Positions 21,767-32,894 of a stretch of 64,000 bases of DNA are shown in pieces; the first letter of the stretch is position 1, and the number at the start of each line of letters is the position of its first letter. Source of the DNA: an uncultured Planctomycetaceae bacterium (lineage in GTDB: Bacteria; Planctomycetota; Planctomycetia; Planctomycetales; Planctomycetaceae). The notes under the pieces are model-generated. The model ran no database searches. It was not told the origin of the DNA and worked only from the letters and a program-made list of their open reading frames with translations. The stretch lies in NCBI GenBank assembly GCA_963813715.1, contig CAWFAK010000005.1, forward strand, positions 288,001-352,000. The letters run 5' to 3'. A program made the translations under genes and the position numbers.

Positions 21767-23091
21767 ATGACGACTGCGTCAGCCCCTGCGCCCAAGCCCC
21801 GCCTGGCTTCGTTGGACCAGTTCCGCGGCTACACCGTCGCCGGCATGTTCCTGGTCAATTTCCTTTCGGGCTTCGTGGCAGCGCCGTTCGTGTGCCACCA
21901 TCACAACACGTACTGCAGCTACGCCGACACCATCATGCCGCAGTTCTTTTTCGCGGTCGGGTTCTCGATGCGTTTGAGCTTCGGGCGGCGCGTGATGCAG
22001 CAGGGGGCCTTGGCCGCTTATGGACATATGGTGAAGCGGTTGATTGGCCTGGCGCTTGTGGCCATTTTCATCACGTATTCGACCGATCCACCCTGGCCGA
22101 AAGACACGAAACACCATTGGGACGTTCTCGTCAGCATCGGCGCCTGGAAAGCGGTTTGGCCGCATGCCATCAAGAATGCCTGGTTCCAGACGTTGATGCA
22201 CATTGCGGTGACGTCGCTCTGGATCCTGCCCGTGATCCGGTTGGGAGCGATCTGGCGAGTTCTGTATCTCGTGGTGTCCGCGGCCTTGCACTTGGGACTG
22301 TCGGGCGTCTTCAACTTCCAGTGGGTGAACGGACTTCCTCCCTTCGAGGCGACCGGCACGGGCATCGACGGCGGGCCGCTCGGATTTCTGAGCTGGTCGA
22401 TCCCGACCCTGGTTGGCACGCTGGCTTGCGACGTGGCGCTCAATCAGGCGCTCTCCGGCGCGGGGAAGGTGATCCGCCTGTTCGGCTGGGGCGTCTCTTG
22501 ATGGCGCTCGGATATGGCGCCTCCTGCATGACGCGGATGTACGACGTGCCGGAGCGGAGCGTCGACGTTGGCTCGTTGCGATTCTCGCGGACGCCTGTGA
22601 TCCCGACGCACGACCAAGTGGAGACGTGGTGGGACAATCTCAAGCACCGGCATTGGTCGAAGGTGCTGGCCGAGCCCCCGCTTGTGCCTCCACCCCATAG
22701 CCAGGAAGAGATCAAGGACGAGGAACGAAAGCACGACGACAAGACCGAGGATCGCAGTTACGACTACCGCGAGTGGAATTACTGGATGATGAGCCAGCGC
22801 TCCGGCTCGATCTCGTACCTGACCTTCGGGGCCGGGCTCTCCATGGCGCTTTACGGCCTGTTCTATGTCCTGTCCGACCTGATCGGACTGAAGATCGGCA
22901 TCTTTCGCACGCTGGGCGTCAATGCGCTGGCCGGCTACATCTTGCACGACATGGTGGGCGACGCCGTGAAGAAGTTCGTGCCCAAAGATGCGCCCTCGAT
23001 CGCGATGTGGATTGGGTTTTTCGTCTTCTTTTTCGTGACGTGGCTCTTCCTGCGCTCGCTCGAGAAACAGAAGATTTACATCAAACTCTGA
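21767..23091 (+). CDS. Membrane acyltransferase-like protein (HGSNAT/DUF5009-like); frameshift near 22495
   Basis: RLASLDQFRGYTVAGMFLVN, SYADTIMPQFFFAVG and GVNALAGYILH; multiple TM segments. Confidence 0.8.
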
Positions 23092-23312
23092 TCGCCAAAA
23101 GTCGAGCGACGGACGGACGGGTCCGGTTGCGCGAACTTTAACGCGCATGCCGACGGAATTGCCGGCGTCCTTTCGCATCGAAGGCGTCGCGACTTAAGGA
23201 ATTCTGGGGGCCGCCCGGCCAGTGGCCGGCAAACGCGGGGTGGATTTTCCGGTGGTTCGAGCGGTGGCGATCGCAGCTGGCAATCGGCTTCTAGCGAGCC
23301 GATATTCTTGGC

Positions 23313-23717
23313 ATGCTCGACTACGTCGCCGACGAACTCGCGGCCACGACCGGCTGGCGCCGCGTTTTGGAAGCCTACGCGAGCCTTGCCCCGGCGCCTC
23401 GGTCCGCGCGTACTCGCGCTCTCCCAACAACGGGCGACGTACCCGAAAGTCCCGAAGCGCTCGGCTTTGTGCCGCGCCTCTCCAAGGTGGAAGGCGTCGA
23501 TCCGGAGCAGCTTTCGTCGCTGCACGGCAAGCTGATCGCGCTCGGTTTGCTGACCTTCGAGGTCTCGGGCAAGTCGGGCATGCAATATCAAGTCAGTCCG
23601 TTGGGCCGTCGCACGCTGGATCGCGGGATTGACGACCGGTCGGTCGACGACGGGCTTTCCACGCCTGTGGATGAGAAGTCGGATGACGCCGAGAGTGCGG
23701 AACTCGAAGCGGCCTGA
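23313..23717 (+). CDS. Hypothetical protein, possible winged helix
   Basis: LSSLHGKLIALGLLTFEV...YQVSPLG pattern and acidic tail. Confidence 0.65.
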   Translation: MLDYVADELAATTGWRRVLEAYASLAPAPRSARTRALPTTGDVPESPEALGFVPRLSKVEGVDPEQLSSLHGKLIALGLLTFEVSGKSGMQYQVSPLGRRTLDRGIDDRSVDDGLSTPVDEKSDDAESAELEAA

Positions 23718-23734
23718 CCGGCGAGTAAACGACT

Positions 23735-24894
23735 CTACTCGTCCGCGCCGGAAATGATTCTCAGGTAGCTGGCATAGCGGACTGGCGAGATCAAGTCGCG
23801 GTCGACCGCGCGCTTCACGGCGCAGCCAGTTTCGTGCTCGTGCGAGCAGTCCGGGAAGTGGCAGCCGGGCACGAACGGACGGAACTCCGGAAAAAAGCCC
23901 TCGACCTCCTCGGGTCGCACGGCCCACAGGTCCATCTGGCGAATGCCCGGCGTATCGACCACCCAGCCGCCAAAGTCGAGCGGGTGGAGCACGGCCGTCC
24001 GCGTGGTGTGACGCCCCTTCTGGGTCCAGGCGCTCACCGAACCGGTTTCCAGCCGCAGCCCCGGCTGCAGCGCGTTGAGCAGCGACGACTTGCCCACGCC
24101 GCTCTGGCCGGCCGCCACGGTTTCGTGCCCCTTGAGCAGGTGCTGCAATTCCTCGATTCCCGTTTGCGCCGTCGCGCTCGTCAACACAATCTCGTAGCCC
24201 AGTCGGGCGTAGGTCCCGACGATCGGTTGCAGGCGGACCGTGTCGACCAGGTCGCACTTGTTGATGCAGATGATCGGCCGGGCGCCCCCTTGTGCGCGCT
24301 GATCAACAGACGATCGATCAAGTTCGTTTTGAGCCCGGGGTTGGCCGCCGAAGCCAGGATCAGTGCCTGGGTAATATTGGCGGCGATCACCTGCTCCTTG
24401 CCCTTGGTGCCGCGGTTCAGGACGGAGCGACGCGGATTGATCCGCTCGATGACCCCGTGCTCACGATCGATGGGCTGAAACAGGACACTGTCGCCCGCGA
24501 CGACGGCGCCCCGCTGGTCGCGGCTCATGGTGCGGACGACGCGGCGCACCGTGCATTCGTAAACACGACCGCCGGCAGCCGCGTCCGAGACGAGGCAGTT
24601 GAGGCCGGTCGCAGAAAGGACTCGCCCCGTACGGCTCGTTGTTTCATCGACGGCCCGCAACGCATCGGCGCCACCCTCCTCGTTCGACAGGATGGTGCGA
24701 TAGCGCGTCAGGTCGCCCTTCCCGCTGATCCGCTCGACGGAGGGCAGGTCGACGGTTTCGACGTCGTCCTTCCGCACGTCCCGCGTCACATCGCCCACGC
24801 GCGCTCGGCGCTGGCGATTCTTGCGGAAGGCGATCCGCACTTTGCGCGGCTTTTTTCGCGCGAAGACGTGGGCTCCCGCGACGGGGACTTTCAA
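23735..24894 (-). CDS. rsgA: Ribosome small subunit-dependent GTPase; indels near 24185 and 24290
   Basis: VVAGDSV, IAANITQ, NKCD, GQSGVGKSSL, KGRHTT, DTPG and CHFPDCSHEHETGC across three frames. Confidence 0.92.
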
Positions 24895-25085
24895 ACGAAG
24901 ATCGGCACCCGAGTGATCTTAACTGGCTGCCGGAAAGCCGGGCAGGCTGCCGTCGGTGAATTCGCCCGTCGATCAAGACTCAAAGACCGACCAGGGGTTC
25001 GCTCCAACTGACCTGAAACCGCCCAAAGTGCGACCGGCAGGGGCCATCAATAAGGCCGACGGGGAGGAGAGCGAGCCCCGGGCTG

Positions 25086-25601
25086 CTACTTGTCGAGCCA
25101 GACCAGCTTGTCGTCGTCGAGATCGTCGTCATCGTCGTCGACCCGGCGCGGATTGCTCGTGTTGAGGTCGTGTCGCTGGGAAGGAGCACGGCGCGGTTCT
25201 ACCGGGACTCGCGAAAACCGTGAGCTGTCCGGGTCGCCGCGGTGGCTCAGTCCTGCCTTTTCGAGCAAGCTCATCGACAACGGATCGGGTTCGGCTTCCG
25301 CCGGCGGAGCGTCGCCGCTGGGGCTGTAATTGACCTCATAGCGATGCTTCGAGACGGAAATCACGTCGCCCGGCATGAGCCAATGAGCGTCGCAACGGAT
25401 GCCGTTGACCTTGATTCCGTTGCGGCTACCCAGGTCGCGCACGTGCCAGTAGCCGTTCATCAACCGGAGTTCGCAGTGACGCGAGGAGACGTTGGGGAAC
25501 CCCAGCGTGATGTCGCAACTCGGTTGACGGCCAACAACTAGCCACTGCTTTTGCAGCGGAATGGGGTCACCCCCGCCGCAGGGATTCAACTCACCGAACA
25601 T
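25086..25601 (-). CDS. FHA-domain protein
   Basis: VGRQPSCDI, VSSRHC and DLGSRNGIKVNG motifs. Confidence 0.92.
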   Translation of the reverse strand: MFGELNPCGGGDPIPLQKQWLVVGRQPSCDITLGFPNVSSRHCELRLMNGYWHVRDLGSRNGIKVNGIRCDAHWLMPGDVISVSKHRYEVNYSPSGDAPPAEAEPDPLSMSLLEKAGLSHRGDPDSSRFSRVPVEPRRAPSQRHDLNTSNPRRVDDDDDDLDDDKLVWLDK

Positions 25602-25918
25602 GCGAGACTTTCAGGGCATTTTCAGGTTTTTGGCCTGCAAATGACCCGTTTTTTGATGAGGCAGGGAGTCGGAAGCCGGCGAATGCCCGTCGAAGCAAAT
25701 CTTGTTTCAATGTATCGACGGTTAACAGACCCGTCAATTCGCTAAATCGGTTCCGGGTTAAGACTACGGTACTGTGGCAGTGCATAAACAAAAATCGGGC
25801 CAATTCGCGGAAACTCTATTGGAGGAACCGTTGTCCAAAGGGAGTTGGCAACTTCTGACGGTGTGTGGTCAGCCTCGATCGCGCGTGATCCGCCACCTCG
25901 CATTAAGATGAAGCTTGA

Positions 25919-26330
<412 letters not shown>

Positions 26331-26475
26331 TCTTTCTTTTCAGCCCCTCGCGTGCCTGTTGGGCCTCGGACGGGGGCGGATGACTGGTCCGGTCTTCTCG
26401 ACGGGTCCTGTTCGTGATATCAATCTCTCGTTTTGGGGGGACCCGCCAGCACCGGAAACTGAGGAAGCACCGCGG

Positions 26476-26797
26476 ATGCGGTCCCGTTCGACCCTCTCCT
26501 TACTGGCGGTCTTCGTTTTGAGGCGCAGGCTGCGTCTCCACGTTGCGGCCCCTCCCCGAGATCACGTTCACGCCGGCCGACAAAAAGCCGGCGGCAACTC
26601 CCGACGCAACCCATCCGGCGGCGAACGTCGGACAGCCGGTTGCCGACATCAGTTCCACCACCAGCCTCACCTCGCGCTGGTCGAAGCTTTTCGGGGGTCA
26701 AGGGTCGAGTGATCGCACGGCACTACCGCGCGCCGATCAGCCCTTGGAGGGAAGCCCTGGTGGCGCCGGCTTACAGGAGATCGGGCGCGACTTTTAA
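26476..26797 (+). CDS. Putative small lipoprotein; indel near 26520
   Basis: GAGGA RBS; MRSRSTLSLLAVFVL then, after a frame change, GAGC lipobox-like motif continuing into ORF 26543-26797. Confidence 0.5.
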
Positions 26798-27089
26798 CGC
26801 GTGACCGTAACGCGTGGCAGAGGCGTTTGGACGAGCGGTGTCGGCGCGGGCGTTTCGCTTGATTTTGGCCGTCTGCCGATTGGTCCGCGCACGAGAATTG
26901 CTGGCAAACTGATATCCGGCGAATTAGAATGCGGCGCTGCGGGGAAGGCTCGTGGTTGGCAGCGCCTTCGTCGTTGACGCTCAATTCCGGCCCACTACAA
27001 TCTGGACTTTCGGGTTGCCAGCCGATTCCCCAACACCTGCCAAGGGTCGCTCGGCGCCGGACAAACGCTGATCCGTCCGTAAGGAGTCT

Positions 27090-27449
27090 GTGTCGGTGCA
27101 AATTGCCATTACGTGCCGCCATGGCTCGATCTCCGACGACGTCCGTGACTATCTGGCACGCAAGTCCGAAAAGCTGTTGACCTATTTCGAGCGGGTCACG
27201 GCGATTGGCGTAACGGTGATCTTTGCTCAGGAACAGATCAAGGGGCGGATTCGCGTCGAAATCCTGCTCGACGCGGAACATAAGCATAACTTTGTCGCCA
27301 CCGACGAAGGGGACGAGGTCCTCTCGACGTTTGATCGAACCTTGACCAAGATGGAGCAGCAGCTCAAGAAGTACAAGGCAAAGATCCAGGACCATCGCCG
27401 CGGTCTGAACGACGTTGCCGGCGACGACCGATCGGTGGAATCGGAATGA
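27090..27449 (+). CDS. hpf: Ribosome hibernation promoting factor (HPF/RaiA)
   Basis: QIAITCRH...KSEKLLTYFER...KMEQQLKKYKAKIQDH; AAGGAG RBS. Confidence 0.9.
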   Translation: MSVQIAITCRHGSISDDVRDYLARKSEKLLTYFERVTAIGVTVIFAQEQIKGRIRVEILLDAEHKHNFVATDEGDEVLSTFDRTLTKMEQQLKKYKAKIQDHRRGLNDVAGDDRSVESE

Positions 27450-27714
27450 CCTCGGGGCACTTCCGGAAATCGCGTGCGGCCAAGGAAGAGAATAACCAGA
27501 CGACGAGACCGAGCGCCGGCCCATCTCCGCCCCGCGTTCCTGCGGCCCTCACCTCGAACCGACGGCTTCGGCTGCACGCCGGGCTCTGCACGACGTTTGC
27601 ACTTGCGAGCGCGGCCGGACTCGGAGCCGGCGGTCCAATCCTTCGCTCCTCCCCGCGGTCTCCACGCTGCGGCTCCTTGAAATACTGATTGAGACGAAGA
27701 CAAGGGAACAGCTG

Positions 27715-28185
27715 ATGAAGATGACTGATTTTGTCGTCAAAGAGGCGATCGTGCCCGACCTGCAGGCCACCACCAAGGAGGCGGCAATTCGGGCGCTGGT
27801 GGACAGCCTAAAAAAATCGGGAAGCATTCGTGCCGAGGACGAGCAAAGCATTGTGGCGGCCATCCTCAAGCGTGAGGAGTTGGGCTCGACGGGCATCGGG
27901 ATGCGCGTCGCCGTGCCGCACACCAAGCATCCGTCCGTCGACCGCCTGATCGCCACGATCGCCCTCTCGCAGGCAGGGGTCGACTTCGCGAGCCTGGATG
28001 GCGAAGACGTCAACATCCTGTTCCTGCTGGTTTCCCCTCCCGACCGTCCCGGAGATCATCTGCGGGGCCTGGAGAACATTTCGCGTCACTTGCGCAACCA
28101 GAACTTCTGCAAGTTCCTCCGCCAGTCCCCGAGCCAGGATGCGATTTGGGATCTGCTTCGCGAAGCCGACAACAACGAGCTTTGA
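27715..28185 (+). CDS. PTS EIIA (Ntr/fructose-mannitol type)
   Basis: [15 protein letters not shown] and GVDFASLDG motifs. Confidence 0.93.
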   Translation: MKMTDFVVKEAIVPDLQATTKEAAIRALVDSLKKSGSIRAEDEQSIVAAILKREELGSTGIGMRVAVPHTKHPSVDRLIATIALSQAGVDFASLDGEDVNILFLLVSPPDRPGDHLRGLENISRHLRNQNFCKFLRQSPSQDAIWDLLREADNNEL

Positions 28186-28290
28186 ACCGCGGCCGCCGTG
28201 CCGATCGCTGCCAAGTCTGCATCACGCCCGCGCGAATCACCCCGACCCGAACAGGGACGTTCGGTCAACAGGTCGACTCTCCGCAAACTT

Positions 28291-28587
28291 ATGGTTGAAG
28301 ACACCCGCTTCCGCCGCACAGTGACCGTGAATCTGAAGGACGGACTGCATTTGCGGCCGATCTCGCAGATCGTGGAGACGGTGCGCCGATTCGGCTCCCC
28401 GGTGCGGATCTCCAAGGGCGATCTCTCGGCCGACGCAGGAAACGTGCTCGATTTGATCCCGCTCAGGATTGAATACGGCAGCACGCTGATTCTCGAGGCG
28501 TCCGGCGATAACGCGGCCGAAACGCTCGATGCGCTGGTCGCCCTCTTCGAGTCGAATTTTGAAGACGTCGCTTCACCCGACGAGTGA
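28291..28587 (+). CDS. HPr-family phosphocarrier protein
   Basis: GLHLRP active-site motif; about 98 aa. Confidence 0.92.
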   Translation: MVEDTRFRRTVTVNLKDGLHLRPISQIVETVRRFGSPVRISKGDLSADAGNVLDLIPLRIEYGSTLILEASGDNAAETLDALVALFESNFEDVASPDE

Positions 28588-28739
28588 CTCTCGTCGCGCG
28601 AGCGATCCCAGGAGCAACGATCCGTGAGATCTCAGACCATCACGACGGCGACCGGTCGCAGGTTCACACGATTCTCTGGGAAAACGCCCTGCACCCGTCA
28701 CGCACGCCACCTCGGATTCCCTCCGCCCCCGGGTCATCC

Positions 28740-30488
28740 ATGTTGACCAAGCGCGGCATCCCGGTTTCGCCCGGAGTGGTCAGCGGACCGGCGCTCGTGC
28801 TCGGCGTGGAAGATTTCCGCATTCCCCAGCGCTATGTCGGCGTTGACGCTGTCGAAACTGAGATCGCCCGTTTCCAGGCGGCTTTGAGCGTCGTCTGCGA
28901 CGAAATCGCCGAAAACGAAAGCCTGGCGACCAAAACGCTGGGCAAGCAGTACGGGGCGATTTTCGGCGCCCACCTGCAGATGGTGCAGGACCCCAAGCTG
29001 GTCGACGAAATCTTCAAGCTCGTCCGCGAACGGCATTTCTCGCCCGAATTCGCCTGCAGCCGCGTCTTTCGCCGCTACGCGAAGATGTTTCAGAACCTGG
29101 GCAACCGCTACCTCGCCGACCGGGCCGACGACATCTTCGACCTTGAGAAGCGCATTCTCCGCCACCTGCTGGGCGCAAGGCGCGAAGAGTTGATGCATCT
29201 GACCGAGCCGGTGATCGTGCTGGCGAACAATCTGACGCCCGGCGAGACGGCAACCCTGCCCAAGCAGTTCGTGCTGGGATTTGCCACGCAGCTGGGGGGC
29301 CGCACCAGTCACACGGCCATTCTCGCCGGGGCCCTAGAGATCCCGGCCGTCGTCGGCCTGGGGGACTTCCTATCCGACGTGTCCGCGGGCGAAACCGTGA
29401 TTATCGACGGCACTCGCGGCGAGATCATCATCGAGCCCGACGAGGAAACCCTCGCGAAATATCGGGATTCCCAGGTGCGGGCCAGGTCAGTCGTCGCCCG
29501 TCTGGAGTCGCTGCGGCAGGAACCATCGGTCACCCGCGACCAGGTCCGCATCCTGCTCTTGGGCAACATCGAGTTCCCGGAAGAGGTCGAGCATTGCACC
29601 CAGCGCGGAGCCGACGGGATCGGGCTCTACCGCACCGAGTTCCTTTATCTGCGAGGCGGCCCGGAGCCGACCGAAGAGGACCACGTCGCGGCCTACCGCA
29701 AGGTGGTGAGCGCCTTCAACGGTCACGAGGTCGTGATTCGCACGCTGGATCTGGGAGCCGACAAGTTTCCCAGCGAGCATAAGAGCCTGTCGTCGACGGC
29801 CAATACCTCGGCGCTGGGGCTGCGCAGCATCCGTCTGGCGCTGCAGAATCTGCCGTTGTTCAAAACCCAGTTACGCGCTATTCTGCGGGCGGCCGCAGCC
29901 GGCAATGCGGCGATCATGTTCCCGCTGGTCTCGTCGCTGTTGGAACTGCGGCAGGCCAAGATGATTCTCGAGGACGTCAAGGAAGATCTGGAAGAAGAGG
30001 GGGTCGCGTTTAAAAGGGACGTCCCCGTCGGTATGATGGTCGAGGTTCCCTCCGCAGCCCTCTTGGCGGACGAGTTTGCGCGAGAGGTCGACTTCTTCTC
30101 GATCGGTACCAACGATCTGATCCAGTACACACTGGCCGTCGATCGTTCCGACCCCGAAGTGGCGAATCTCTACAGCTCCGGCGACCCTTCGATCCTGCGG
30201 CTGATTCGCCGCGTAGTCGAGGCCGGGCGAAAGCGCAACATCCCCGTCACGGTTTGCGGGCAGATGAGTTCCGATCCCAAGTACATTCCGCTGTTGATCG
30301 GAATGGGGATCCAGCGACTAAGCGTGACGCCGCATTTAATCCCCGAAGTGAAGTCGGTCATTCGCTCGATTGACCTGCCTCAGGCCGAGGAAATCGCCTC
30401 CCGGGCGATGGCGCTCGACTTGGCACGCGATGTCGAAAATTATTTGCGAGGTGAATTGAAAAAGGTCTGCCCGGATCTGGTCCAGTGA
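28740..30488 (+). CDS. PEP-protein phosphotransferase (PTS enzyme I)
   Basis: GGRTSHTAI, GIGLYRTEFL, IRTLDLGADK, GMMVEVP and FSIGTNDLIQY motifs. Confidence 0.96.
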   Translation: MLTKRGIPVSPGVVSGPALVLGVEDFRIPQRYVGVDAVETEIARFQAALSVVCDEIAENESLATKTLGKQYGAIFGAHLQMVQDPKLVDEIFKLVRERHFSPEFACSRVFRRYAKMFQNLGNRYLADRADDIFDLEKRILRHLLGARREELMHLTEPVIVLANNLTPGETATLPKQFVLGFATQLGGRTSHTAILAGALEIPAVVGLGDFLSDVSAGETVIIDGTRGEIIIEPDEETLAKYRDSQVRARSVVARLESLRQEPSVTRDQVRILLLGNIEFPEEVEHCTQRGADGIGLYRTEFLYLRGGPEPTEEDHVAAYRKVVSAFNGHEVVIRTLDLGADKFPSEHKSLSSTANTSALGLRSIRLALQNLPLFKTQLRAILRAAAAGNAAIMFPLVSSLLELRQAKMILEDVKEDLEEEGVAFKRDVPVGMMVEVPSAALLADEFAREVDFFSIGTNDLIQYTLAVDRSDPEVANLYSSGDPSILRLIRRVVEAGRKRNIPVTVCGQMSSDPKYIPLLIGMGIQRLSVTPHLIPEVKSVIRSIDLPQAEEIASRAMALDLARDVENYLRGELKKVCPDLVQ

Positions 30489-31113
30489 CCTCCGCTTCGG
30501 GCAGTCGGAAGGGCCGGTCGGCTCTTCCCGTTTGCGGCCGCCGGTCCCGATGGATGCGGCGGCCCCGAGATCGATCAAATCAGTTTTTTCGGGTGCGTAT
30601 TCGTTAGATGATTGCCGGTCGCATGCGGGCCGATCCCGTGCCCCCAGTTTTCCGCTCGTCGAACTTGTCCGACCAACAGACTCGGACCGCGCGAGAACGG
30701 GGCAGACTCGGGTAGGCGGCTATTGCCCGGTGACTGGGACGGCGCGAGCATTGTCTCGTGCCGCGTGCAGGCATGGGCCAAATGGACCGTCGCACGCTTC
30801 CGCGGTGGGCCGCGGAAGGCTGAATCCGGGCCTCTGGAAACAGACGATGGCCCGGGTTCTTTCGCCACTCTGCGTCGGAAATGCTCGGCTCGAGGCCGGC
30901 GAGGTTTTCACAAGCGAGTCGATTCGACCGCCCAAAAGAAACTCGCCTCCCGTCTGCCCGCGCCGCAAGTGGCGGCCGGGTGTTCTTTCTCTCCAGATCC
31001 GGACGCGCACCGTTCGCGCTCCGCCGTCTCTGGCGACGGGTTCACGGCCTTATCCCTCCGGCAATCACCCGAACTGCGCGCCCTTGGCCGCCATTTGCGA
31101 CGAAGGGCAATGA

Positions 31114-32713
31114 ATGAAAAAGGAAATGTTGATCAATGTCCTCCAGTCCGAAGAAAGCCGGATCGCCATCCTCGAGGATGGCGTGCTGGAGGAACTCTAC
31201 GTCGAACGCAGTAGCATCGAGAACTGCGTCGGGAACATCTATAAAGGCCGCGTCGTCAATATCGAGCCCAGTATTCAGGCGGTCTTCGTCGACTTCGGCG
31301 TCGGCCGCAACGGGTTCCTGCACGTCAGCGACGTCGAATATCAGTACTACAAGCACCTGCTTCCCAACGGCGGCCAGGCCGACGACGAAGAAGATCCCCG
31401 CTACCAGCGCGGCCGCCGACGCTTCAACGAGCGCAGCGTCCGCAACAAGCCGCCGATTCAGGAAATCTTCCGCCGCGGCAGCGAAGTCCTGGTGCAGGTG
31501 ATCAAGGAAGGCATCGGCACCAAGGGGCCGACCCTCTCGACGTACATCAGCATTCCCGGCCGTTACCTCGTGTTGATGCCCGGTCTCCAGCGGGTCGGCG
31601 TGAGCCGCAAAATCGCCGACGACGATCTGCGGCGCAAGCTCCGCCAGGCGCTGTTAGAGCTCAATCCGCCGCAGGGGCTGGGCTTCATCATCCGCACGGC
31701 CGGCACCGACCGTGCCAAGCGCGACTCTGCACCGCGACCTCAACTATCTCTTGCGGCTCTGGCGGACGATCGTGCGCCGCATCCGGAAGGCCTCGGGTCC
31801 GGTCGGCATCTACGAAGAAAGCGACATGATCATCCGGACGATCCGCGACATCTATAACAGCGAGATCGACACCGTATTGATCGACGAGCCGCAGGCCTTC
31901 GAGCGGGCCCGCGAGTTCATGAAGATCGTCATGCCCCGCAATGTGAACCGCATCAAGCTCTATGAGGGCAAAGAGGCCCTGTTCCACAAGTATCACATCG
32001 AAGAAGAGATCGCCCGCATTCAGAGCCGGCACGTGCCGCTACGAGGAGGCGGATCGATCGTGATCGATCAGACCGAGGCGCTTGTGGCCATCGACGTCAA
32101 CAGCGGCAACTTCCGCGCAGACGACAACGCTGAGGAAACGGCCTACCAGGTCAACCTGCGGGCCGCCGAAGAGATCAGCCGTCAGATCCGCATGCGAGAC
32201 CTCGGTGGCGTCATCGTGAACGACTTCATCGACATGCGTGAGGAGCGACACCGGCGTGGCGTCGAGCGCGCCCTGCGCGAAGCCGTCCGCCGCGACCGGG
32301 CCCGCATCAAGGTGCTGCGGATCAGCCCGTTTGGCCTGATCGAAATGACGCGGCAGCGGATCCGTCCCTCGCTGCGCCGCAGCATCTACGAGGATTGTCC
32401 CTGCTGCCATAGCACGGGTCAGGTCAAAACGGCCGAGAGCATGGCCATCGAAACCATGCGGTTGTTGATGACGCTCGCCACGCGCGAAGGGGCGGCCCGC
32501 CTGGTCGTCGAAATCCACGACCGGGTCGCCAACTATCTCAACAACAAAAAACGGCGGGAGATCACCGGGATCGAGGAGTCGTGCAAGGTGACGATCAACA
32601 TCATCGCCCGTAGCGACGTGGGTCCCGAGCATCTGTCGCTCAAGCTGCTGGACGAAGGGGGCAGCGAGCTGCGCTCCAATGTGATGCCCGCCGTCACGAG
32701 CGCCAAACGCTAA
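31114..32713 (+). CDS. RNase E/G family ribonuclease; frameshift near 31727
   Basis: GNIYKGRV, GFLHVSD, AIDVNSG, DLGGVIVNDFIDM, GLIEMTRQR and CPCCHSTG motifs. Confidence 0.94.
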
Positions 32714-32894
32714 CGCAAAGCCCGGCGAACGGCTGGGGCGGGTATCCGTGGCAAGCGGTGGGCGTCCGCGCTCGCCGAGGAACTTTTTGATGCGAAGTTC
32801 TTGCCGGGGCGGCTTCTTGCCGCACAGGATTGCGTCGCTGCGCCTGCCGTGACTATTCTGGGGAGCGAAATTCTTCGCCCCTCAAGAACTGGCT

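Noticed and set aside
31720..31735. Programmed ribosomal frameshifting in the RNase E/G gene or the other split genes
   Set aside because: No slippery heptamers at the breaks, and too many unrelated genes are affected.
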